Part shown: in pieces, positions 1 through 11,300 of the stretch | Layout of the letters: every line of letters starts with the position of its first letter | Position numbering within the stretch: the stretch's first letter is position 1 | NCBI GenBank assembly: GCA_965637545.1 | Contig: OZ281495.1 | Location: forward strand, 20,274,001-20,338,000 | From: Phallusia mammillata | Taxonomy: Eukaryota | DNA length: 64,000 bases | Direction of reading: 5' to 3' | Notes under the pieces: model-generated | The model's input: only the letters and a program-made list of their open reading frames with translations | Database searches by the model: none | What the model was told of the DNA's origin: nothing | Program-made: the position numbers and the translations under genes

Positions 1-334
1 TATTCCTGCATGACATTGGAGTAGAAGATGTTTTGTCCCATACTTTCAAAAATCTTTTTAATTCAGTTATTTATTATAAAGGTTAATTGTGACTTTTAAA
101 GGTGTTAGATGACCTTTTTTTTCTTTTTCAAGGTGTTAGATACACTTATTTAATTCAATGATAACTGTAAAAACTAAAACCCACTTGCAGTCATCTTAAA
201 AAGTCACGACTAACAGTCAAACAATAAATTTAATGATAGCAAAATAATTATTTAACTACACTCACTGTCGAACTTAAAAACACAGCACACGGGTTTGGCT
301 TTGGAGCTCACTGACGCGAAGCAGACAACACAAC

Positions 335-714
335 CAGCGCTACGTCACGGGAGGGGCTGCGCGAGCCACAGCCCCCTCTCGCCTATTTCGCCCGGCATGT
401 AGCTTTTCCAAGTGCGCATGCGCACAACTGAAAACGTCATGAAACGTCACGAAACTGGAGCTGCAGCTCCGCCATAGATAACTTATTATTATTATTATTA
501 TTATTTTAAATTTCTTTTAAATAATACAATTTTTTTATTAATTTTATTTTAATAAAAGGCCGATTAATGCCATAAAAGTTATTCTTAGTATACACTGATC
601 AAACATAAAAACTATATGTAAAGATTGTTTTGTGTAACAACTTGGAATAGGAATGTCAAGTAAAAATACTGGGGGTGCTGCAGCTCCGCAGCCCCCTCGC
701 ACGAGCCGCCCCTG
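335..714. mobile_element. Old MITE with imperfect GC-rich terminal inverted repeats
   Basis: The left end CAGCGCTACGTCACGGGAGGGGCTGCGCGAGCCACAGCCCCC resembles the reverse complement of the right end (CAGGGGCGGCTCGTGCGAGGGGGCTGCGGAGCTGCAGCACCCC). The interior is AT-rich and no TSD is recognisable. Confidence 0.5.
483..504. repeat. (TTA)n microsatellite
   Basis: Directly visible ttattattattattattattat. Confidence 0.9.
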
Positions 715-1064
715 ACTGTAGTGCTGGCATCTGACGTTATGATGCGTATAGTCAGCAATAAAAACTGGGATTTTTACCGTTTCCCGCGGGAATATCCACC
801 TCCGTCCTGGGTCACTAACGACAACACAGCATATCAGTACGGAATATTTAAATAAAGAACTAATTTGAAACCTTCGGAGTTTGGAGTTTATTACTACTGT
901 ATATTGCGACGATGAAGAAGCGCAGTTTCGCTCGGAGCAAAGACGATAAAATTTTATGCGACTAGTGTACTAAAATATATTTGTGTGGCAGGGAAACAAC
1001 CACAAAGGAAAATACTGAGTCGTACGACAAACACAAGGGGAACTTTCCCCAACTTCATACACGC

Positions 1065-1523
1065 CTATAGTTCACTGACATGAAATGATTTGGTTGGTGC
1101 AAAAATCAAGTTGAAACTTTGTGGTCTACGTTCAGGGAGAACAAGGGCTAAGTGCCGATATGTTACACCAAGTGTTAGTCGTACATGGTTTTGTTCCATG
1201 ACATTTTCAACATGAGTTTTCAACACAGTTTGCGATGGATTAAATGTCAGTTCAATTGTAACCAATAGGAACTTGTATTTCAGTGCATACAATTTGGATT
1301 GGATGAGTCCTGACCCGAAAATCCCGCCACACAAAGTATTGGCGTTTAAATCGCCTATTGAACTAATAAAGGGATTCCCCGAGATTTTTATCGATAACAG
1401 GTGTCCGTACTTGGTCCGTAATTCATAACTGTGCACACGGTTTGGCCGGCCGACAACTTTATGATGAGATGATTTTATAGCAGGGCTAAACTCGTGGTAG
1501 CCCAGGGCACTTTTCTCATTCAA
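1065..1523 (-). CDS. Unassigned open reading frame, possible terminal exon of an unknown gene
   Basis: 152 codons without a stop. It begins at TTG directly after a possible acceptor (tgacatcag) and has no early ATG. No family was recognised. Confidence 0.25.
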   Translation of the reverse strand: MNEKSALGYHEFSPAIKSSHHKVVGRPNRVHSYELRTKYGHLLSIKISGNPFISSIGDLNANTLCGGIFGSGLIQSKLYALKYKFLLVTIELTFNPSQTVLKTHVENVMEQNHVRLTLGVTYRHLALVLPERRPQSFNLIFAPTKSFHVSEL

Positions 1524-2383
1524 CTGATGTCACGTAAATACTTTGGGGAAGAGCCTATAGGAGCAGAGCAAGGTCGAAGGCGCAATCCCAGGTCAGCGGT
1601 AATCGCCGCCTAGAAGGGTATTTGAAGCCCTGTTTCACACCTGAAAATACATGCGTGACGTCGGAATGTCCCAGACAAACGAAACAAACAAGCACTCAGT
1701 GAGTTCGACGCGGCCAATGAATATAAACCAGTCCCGTCGCGTCTGGCTTCGGCTGCGAGAATGGACAGGAAATTGCAATTACCTTGCGCTGTTTGGTCGC
1801 GGGAGAAGCGAAGGTGGGAAAGAGAAAGGAATGTCAAAAGCTCGTTGTTGGCCAATCACGTCTTGACACGTATCGTGGTTTAGGTTTCAATCACAACAAT
1901 TAATTTAACCGATTTTGACACACACAGCCAAGCATCAGTCAATAATAGGAAAACATGGCGATCGGGCAAACACACCTTACGTTAACGACTCGACTCTCGT
2001 ACAAGAAAAAACGTTATGCAAACGCGCGCGTGTCTTTATGATTTTTGAAGCAGGGCAACAATAAATGCGAAGGAACGTGTAGAGCTACATAAGAAGCAAA
2101 CGCGTGTATTTGTGTGTGCATAAAGTCATGACATCACGAAGCAAAAAGGGGAATCCCGGCCAGCGGGAAACATAAAAAGAGTGGAACAAGCGACTTGCAC
2201 CAGCGGTTGAGCACCGACACGCGCTTCAATCAGTGTGAACTTCGTACCGTAGCGTAGTTTTGCTGGGAAGTGTGACCATTTGGTCGATCGTCGATGCACG
2301 ATATTGTAATAAACTTTCGAAGTGCCGTTTTTGCATATAAGTCCGAAGTGCTCATGATGAGATTTTTGGTTCACTGTTTTTGG

Positions 2384-5300
2384 TCAAAGAATCTGATGGG
2401 GGTGCGCGGGGGGACTTTGTGGGGGCGTGGGGAAATCTGCAAACTCTTTTTGGGAAAGGTGAGGCTGCGAACCACCCCCAGTGTTCCGTGTAAGCAGGCT
2501 TGTTCTGAATGTAACGTGACCCTTGTTGCCACCAGAAGCATGTCTCGATGATCGGCCACCTGAGGGCGCGGATGTGGAGAGCGATGATTGTGAGGGAGGC
2601 GGAGGAAGCAGTGAGGAGGAGGTGGAAATAAAGTGAGAGGCCGGAGGAGCAATTCTTTGCCCAGAAGGTTTTGGTGCTTGACTTGTCGGGAAAGCGTCAG
2701 TGGGTGCCTGCGTCCCTTCAACTTGAATAGCATCTGTGAAACAAGTTTGTGTTCTACTTAACATGTCGTATACGCATTGTTGTCACATGATGAATACCAT
2801 AATCTTGCATCGCTTAAAATGGATGAGATTTTACGAAAAAACCACAAGAATATTTACCTGATGGCAAAAATTGAAATAACGTTGACGAAGTTTGAGAATC
2901 ATTAGATCGATTCTCAGTGCTGTTATTCCCATTCGTATTGGCAGGTTCCGGCGTGGGGGCGGCCACCGATGTTCGGTTCGGCCGAGGAGGGGCCGGGGCT
3001 GCTGCTTTTGTGGCGTCTGAACGCGCCCCGCGGGTCTGGGGCACAGGACAAAACAAATGAGCGCTATAATCCTCGAACGTTGTGTCGTCTTTGAACTGTT
3101 CAATTATTAGCCGGAGATATCGAGTTCGTTCCTCGTAGCTGATGCAGAGGTTAGGTTAAGGAATAAATAAGTAGTTTATTTGGAAAAAACAGTAAAAGCA
3201 TTTGGAAGAAATAAGTATATCTCCTGGAATTAATGAAGGATTAAGATTCAAATTATCATATATTGTTCATCACCCTTTTTACTACTTTGTTGCAGTAGTA
3301 CCTACAACGTTGTTGGGAGTTCATTAAAGAATCATACAAATTACCACCTGTTACTGGTTTTATGAAAAAAACAAACAACAGTCCAAGTATAATGGATATA
3401 CATAACGCAAAGCATATTTTTCGGAAATATCAAATAACTGAGATAGAAAAACTATTTTACAAATTTATTTTTTTCTATTTTATGATTATATCTTTAATAA
3501 TTTGTTACAGTAGTAGTTACAACGTTATTCGAATTTAATATGGCAACAACAAAAATCAAAATCCTCAGTATCATGTAGAAAGGATACTATGGCTGATAAA
3601 GGGAAATTTGTGATCGCTTGGCTCGTCCTGCGTTGATGGCAGTTTCTCTTACAAGCACCGGAAGAACACGAGCATTCACTATCGCACCATCGAACAATGG
3701 ACCGAAGTAGGGAACCTAAAAAAATCAATGTCACAAATGATAGTTGGTAAAACTGCCAATACGAAACGATTTATATCACCATTCCGGAATTGAACATTTT
3801 TAACCTTAAATTTCCAAATAGACACACTGATACACAGATTTATTAAAAATAATTTTGGTAAATCGTGTTAATTTCCTCTAAACTGATTAAGACTAACATG
3901 TTCATAATTTCATTGTTTAAGACAGTTTGTTTTTCCACTAAACAATAGTCAGTTTTTTTGTCATTTATTTGCCTTCTTTGCTGCTTAAAATGCGCGCAAT
4001 TTTTCATGTTTTTCATTCTGGGTACTTTGGCTCAAAATTTCCAGTCCAGGAGACCAGTATTTTAAAGGGGTCGATAGTAATGAAGACACAAAAGCAGAAC
4101 AATAAAAATGGTTTTCATCAAGTAATGACTTGGTTAAATAACGATTGCATTTCGGCCGCACATTTTTATTCAGTCAACGCCTTATTTAAATCCCAACATG
4201 TTTTATTCTTCGTGACTTTTCCCTTTGGAGACATTGTGGTCCTCCTTGAGGGAAATGTGATGGAAATAGTGCGTCTTCAATCGAATTTAATCCGATGTTA
4301 GCCAAAAACTAGGTTTTGAATCTGAGTTTAGAGAGATTAGAGTTTTTGTGCCATCTGGCTTTAGTACGGATATCATCTAGTACTTTAATGTTGTTTTGAA
4401 GAAAATCTATTCAATAACGCCCAATTCATTAATGAAAGTTTTGCCAAAACGGACACAAACGAGACAAAAACGTATTTACTAAAACTAAATTAATCACATC
4501 TATAATGACGTCAATCCTGCCACAGTCACGCCCACCAACGAAAACAACATAGTCATGTACTATCAATATATCACTGGAGATGAGTGAAGCCGAATCACGG
4601 CGGTCTTAACCAGAATTCCGGTGTAGCTATTAGGGATGGGCCAAAACTGCAAATGTTCTGTTTGGTCGAGCACCGAGCATCTCACTTTAATGCTCGGTGC
4701 TCGGCCGAGCACGCTCGGTGCATTATGACGTCACAAAAAAATCCGTTTCAGCTCTACAAGGTCTCTTACGTCACCGGTGGTGTTTTATTAAGCTGTACAT
4801 GCCCATAAAGTACGCGTTATTCCACCATCTAATACATTTAAAAAATCATTCGTTTTTGTTCATAGACACCTTTTAGAACACTAGTTACGTATGTTAGCAG
4901 GGCATGGATATGCAAATGTAACGCTCGGGTCAGTTTGTGCAACTGCTCGGCCGAGTACCGAGCATTAAAAACAGCGATGCTCGGTACCGAGTACTCGGGT
5001 TCTGGCTCGGCTCGGCCCATCCCTAGTAGCTATATCAAGCACACAGTGAAATTTAAACCCAAAGTTTCAGTCCATAAGAAACTGACACTTCACTAACTGT
5101 GCGACAGTTTACTGAAATATACAGACAATTAACGTTTGAAGTACTTCAATCTACCCACCTCAGCTTTTTTGATGATTTGGATTCGATATAGGCCGTGACG
5201 TATTGGGTAGATAATGATCAATACGTCACCGAATTCGGTTGGAATAATTCCACGTCGATAATCGCGATGATGTTCAGACCAAACGATGTGAACTTCATCG

Positions 5301-8300
5301 TTGCCCAGATGTTTCAACTGTAACACAGAACATTTACTCAACTTAAAACATAGATTTGTTATGGAAGCGCCATTAAGTTTCATAAGCAAAGAAAACGGAA
5401 AGTCAAAATTTTATTTGTGGCATGGTAATTGTTTCATGTGCATCATCAACAATTGTATAATATGCACAAATTATACTATTTCACCTTTCGATTTCTTGCC
5501 ACATCGTCGTTGGATGGAAACCGAGTGGAAACGTGAAATACAACTTCTATACTTGAGGTTGCGTAGTAAGGTGACGTTCTGCCTGTACTTCCATCCGTTT
5601 GCAGTTTGCCACTGAAGCCCGTATGAACGCTCAAATCCACCTGTTCAATCACAATTTCCGCTTATTAGGGGGTGTGTTTGGGGTTGATTAAACCACTGAA
5701 TCAACCAAAGTCAACATCCACTTTTGTGCGTAAATATGAGTGAGTTTCAATCACTCAAAAGCATCCCGCAAAAAATAACAAAGGGGGGAAAGGGGAATGG
5801 AACCCCAAAATAAACCATTAAATTTGATCATAGGTGTTTGTTTTTCAACGTCACGACAAGCCACACTCGTTGAATAAAAGGAAATATACATTGTCGCTGA
5901 AAAATTATCAGTTTATATGTCAACAAAGAGAATTTTAATAAAATGCTTTGGGTTAGGCACTTTCCTCAATCGATCACAGATTAATCCATGAGTATCAATT
6001 TATTTGCAGAAATGTCACCACACAAAGTTCAAACATGTTCGTATAAGTCGCTTCATCGCAATTGAAGTGCAGTGCGTAGTTATTGCAACTAACAAATGCG
6101 TTTAAACAAACTACGACACTTTACGATGAAAAGGGACATCTATTATGTATGCAAGCGTGCGTAAACACAACTAGTGACCATTCCGATGATTTACGGTGTC
6201 ATAAAGTGGCAAAAAGATTGGGGCAATTATTCCTAAAGCAAATCAACTGGGCAATGAAATGGTTGGTACCTTTCAAATGGTTTCCCTTTTCTCCAGTTAA
6301 ACAAACTTATAGAATTGCATATCTTACCTCCCAACCGAGACCCGACACAAAATCCTCGTATTCTTTGCTGCCTCCAGTGTTGGATAGCACCGACAGCTTG
6401 TCCTCTTGACCTTGCGCAATGTAAAACACCGCAACTTTGTGAGTCTCTCGGCTGAAAAGTATCAGAAAAGTTCAGTTTGCCATTACAGTAATTGCCAAAT
6501 GCACAAATTCGAGAAAATGTTCGAAGAAAATCCCTACAATTCAACATAAATGTGAACCAAGCATTATCAACGCTTACCAGTGTCGGGAGTCAAGATTTTT
6601 CAGTTCTCGAAGCAGACGTTCGTTTTTCTTTAACAAACTGACACGATCCCGGTTGTCACGTGATAGGAACCCCATCTCAATGCATAGAAGTCGTGCGTGG
6701 TAGAAGGGGGAGTGGGCGGGGACAGTGGGGCGTGGTTTGACTGCACCGCACTGCCAACTACAAGAATAAAGACGTTGTAGCAGTGAAACGGTAAAAGGCT
6801 TATCGGTTGTGTTGTGAAAATACCGACAAACATTCTAATGCAGTGGTTATTAAGTTTTTTGACGTGGCAAGATGAATGACATTACACCCGTAAGTAAGGC
6901 AAGCTTGTTTGGTTTTTGTGGTACTAAGTCAAAGGATAAACTGGAACAATCGACACGGTGTTTTTAACAACAAATGCAACTTGATTTGAATGCCTACGTT
7001 AGTAGAAACAGGCTGTGTAGGGTAGGTAACGAATATTGTTGTGAAGAAACAGTAGATGATTACGAACTAACCAAAATCTTTTAACGTCAGTCACTGCAGT
7101 TAACAAAGCCCATTTGAACAGAGCACTTTTTTGTGCGTTTAATTTAAGAAAATTAAAATTTCAGAATAATTCTCGCGACCGCTTTTTCTCCCAAGTTGAA
7201 ACAAATTTCGTCCCTTGAGGAGCCAATGGCACCTCTTTGAGAACCACTGGTCTAATGCTAAGTATATTTGAGTTTATTGAAACAAATTTCTATACATTTG
7301 TGTTTTCTAGCCTAACCTTGTGACACAGGCACTTTCGGCGTAACTTCCTCCCAATTCTTCGTGGTGGCCAAGCAGACACTTGGTGGCTCTCAACTGCACG
7401 TCATCGGACACGCATGAGGGAGTAGGTGAAGGAATGTTCAACGGCAAACCGATTCTTGACTGGCATTCGGGACTGGTCCAACCAACATATTGTAACAACT
7501 ACACACAAACATACGTACGTGGACTGTGGTGAAGTTAATTTCAGTTTTGGGGACCAAACGCTGCATTAACAACTTTTCATTATCGCAAATATAAAGAAAT
7601 TTAAACGACTAGTTTTGACCAAAAATAAAATATGCCAATATAAGACACTAAAAACAAATCACACTAGATTATTAACATGTACAGTATAGCATAAACATAA
7701 GACACTTAGGAAAATCTGCATAGTATTAATCGGTAAATGTTGTTTGTATCTGAAACACATGTGGTTAGTTTCAGGTACCTGGTCTAATTGGTCAGAAGCG
7801 TCGTTGACAGGTGATTCCCCGTACAAGGGAATGGGTGTTGGCACCACCTTGCGTTGTCGTTTATCTTCTTCCTGTGAATAGTTAAGATAGGATTGGCAAG
7901 ATTCCTTTGCCGCCCGACTGATCTCAGCGTCCAGCGTTGAGATCGGCTCGCAGTGCACTAAAAAAGATATTAGATTCGGTTAAAAGTTTCGAAGATGTTT
8001 ACACCAAATCAGATAAGGATTTTGAAAAGGAATTGCAGGAATAGTAATAAAGTATACATAACCCACTCAACATTCAAAATCATGAAAGGTTTTCACAAGA
8101 TTTTTTCCATAGTCTTACATGAGAGTGAAAAACGTTAATTAAAAACATAACTGCCAGGGAACTGCATGTAGAATACATCTTAGTGCAGTAAATTAAATAC
8201 ATCTGATAGGTATGTTTTTAATTAAATCACTTAAGAAACGTTTTGAAACAAATCTGATGTATTTTATACCTTCATATTTAACCAATGGCCCCAACCATGC

Positions 8301-11300
8301 ATGCCAATAGAAGAGAAAGCAATATTGTGATTGTAACCTACCTGGTCGAGTGATATTAGCGACATCAGGTGGTCCGTACAACACTGACGAATCCCAACAA
8401 TACTTTCCACCTGCGTCACGCACAATAAATCGCACACAACGATTCGAGCTGCTCATACCAGCTGTCGGGTCGCCACAAGGAGCGCTGCTTTCCTGTGCAG
8501 AAACAAATAACAAAAAAAATCAGTTGAAGAGAAAATCAAACATACGAGGATTTCATGAAATAAACTTACTTCTGATGGTAGTTCGACAACAGACATGAGA
8601 CAACTGTCGTTGAATATAAGAAACTGCAAAGCAGAAAAAAGGTTTCACACACAAAAAACTTGTAATAAAGGCAATTCCCAAAAAGAGATCTAACAGATTC
8701 GACAAAATGTTGCAAATCGAAACCCGTGCACAAAATGTTGCAAATCGAAACCGTGCACAAAATGTTGCAAATCGAAACCCGTGCACAACGTTTTAAAAGT
8801 TCCCCCAAATATTAGCTATTTTACCTTGTTGACAAATAACGAACAAACCAGATAAGCAAGTCCAAAAGTCCAACGTGCATGGAAAAGACTACCTTATCTT
8901 CTTTAAGTTTATACCTGGACGTTGGGAGAGTCGAAGAGTTTCGCCGACAGTTCACCAGGTGAGTCATCGACATCATGATGTTCGCTCACTCTACATGTGA
9001 ACACTGATGTTCCACGGGCGAGTGGAAAGTGACCGAGATGATTGTTCAGGTGGGAAAGTACCGTATGTGCAACCAGACTCACTGCACCATTTTTACCTTG
9101 CACCAAAAATAAGGGATTAGTTACTTTACAAACACCCATTGTTAGCATTTAGGTTAAAACTGCCCAAAACGGGTAGTAACACAATAGTTTTCGGCGTTTA
9201 GTTTGGAAATTATATAGATTTATCATATAATTCTTATTCTTATAAAATCCTTTAAAAAATGTAGGACACTGTTATGCTTAACCAAAACATCACGGCTAAA
9301 TTACACTACAAAACATGACGATTAAAAAACTTACCAAGTTTTGCGGTGTTACTTCGTGCCATCGACTTTGGTCTTGCATTTGCAAATATCGATGTTGGTG
9401 GATCTTGAACTTTATCAAGTTGCAAGTAAGGATCAAAATCCTTTGAAGCGAGATCTGATAAACTGTAGCTGTGTTTCGCACTGTGTCCCGGTTTACCGAG
9501 AGCTGCTGTTTGCATCGCCTGAAAGTATTACGATTTTGCATCAGTGTATTCTAACCCGCCAAAACACTCCCCAAAGTGTGTAGCTGATTTTTCTTTTTCT
9601 CTAGGAGCGAGTCAAAAGTGTTTTGTTTGGCTAATAAAACCTGATGTTAATACTATGGACTCAACCAATGTGTAGCGAAACTACAGTTAATGTCGGGTTA
9701 AGCGTAAAAATATTTTTTCACAAACAAAACTTAAAAGTCGTCAATGCTCGTTGCAGTAAATGGGTGACATACCTTGAAAACAGTCCTTATCAAACGTTTG
9801 TCGGTATTTGCTCCGTACGTGTTGATGAGCAATTCCAATGGAACGCACATACACCAATCCAAGATACATTGCAGCAAAGCCACTAGCAACTGGGCAGTAA
9901 AAAGCATAATGTTAGATTTACTGCAAAATCGATTGGAGCAGCTCGCAAACAACCACGTTTCAATTTTCAATCACGCAAATTACATTCGAACCCACCTGTC
10001 GCCCAGAGTCGGTGTTTTTCGCCTCAGTATCGTTCAGTAATGCCGACACACTGAGAGACATCACCTGTAAAAACATCGTTAGTTGAACTGGTGCACAAAA
10101 GGTAAGGAGAAATAAATTAGATCTTGGTCGTTGAATGGCTTAGCAGGCAACTTACCTCAATAATACGTGGAGGCATGTCTGGCATGGTCTTAAGAAGCTC
10201 TTCGCTACAGTGAGTTAACAGATGAAGTTGAGTGCAGGCCACGCACGCCACCACGCGGTTGTTGAACTAGAAATATATTTGTTACTCAAGAATTAGGAAT
10301 TGTTTTTTTTATTACGTTTGACGAGAATTGAAACAACATTTCTGAAATATCGAAGCAGTCAAAAATGCCCAGCATGTCAATACAATATTGGCAAATGCCC
10401 CCTTTTTGGCATTTCTCGACAAAAACATATGTCCCAACTCCCACGATTTACTCGTGCCGTGACAAAGTTTTGAACATTAGCAAAGTGCATTCCTTAATTA
10501 CAACAACACTCTAATCGAAGAAATTTACTTGCGTTGAAGTCAATGAAATAACCTGAAGTAAGTTTAGGCATAATCAAGTCACATATTTTTAAAATTGATA
10601 TTAGATCTGCCCACCTTGAGGGATACAAGAAGGACGTTGATGGCTTCTTTGAGTCTACTATGGCGAGGTTGGTCGGTAGTAAGTTCCTCATACAACCACA
10701 GACCAGTGCTCGACAGCGCCACACAGCGAGCAGAAGATGACGGCTCCTTTTTGCCAGAGGTAAGTAAAGCATCGACAACATAATCCTGATAAAATAGATT
10801 GTTTGAATAAAAACTATAATTCAAAATGAGAAGTTAAATAAACAGCGAATTGTCTCAATGAAACCATAGTGCAGTTTAACAAATTTTAAATGATTATCAC
10901 CGAGATAAGTGACTATTTTCACCTAGATAAGTCAATGAAAAGTATTGCACAAAAGCTACAAGAACATTGGGGGTTGTACAGGTATTTCTAGACATTTACC
11001 ACAATGGACATCAAAAATACAATATATAACGGTCACTGCAAATTCATGATCAAGCCAAATTGTGTATAAAAATTATGCACATATACTATGTCTTACCTTA
11101 ATATTATTGCACACAGTAGCAGTGGGATCCACTGAATCGGGTTTTAACACGGGAATGTCATGATAAAGATTCGCAAAACATAATGTTGAACCAAGTATAG
11201 TTTGGGCTTCCACACGAGGAGCCTGTGAAAAGTACTTTTAATTATGCAAGACAATTTCACAAATATGGACTTTAAAAACACTTACATTGCAACATTTTCA

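Noticed and set aside
1065-1523. LINE-like motifs in the orphan ORF (GDLNA resembling APE endonuclease; YKFLLVTI..LTF...HVENV resembling an RT C-terminus)
   Set aside because: The spacing is wrong, the key glycine and catalytic residues are missing, and the two motifs would be hundreds of residues apart in a real LINE.
2371-2733. Second open frame overlapping the last RALGAPA exon (dual coding)
   Set aside because: The upstream exon phase selects the other frame, and GC-rich low-complexity sequence readily leaves alternative frames open.
8703-8785. CRISPR-like 28-bp direct repeats
   Set aside because: No spacers, eukaryotic intron and no cas genes; it is a plain tandem repeat.
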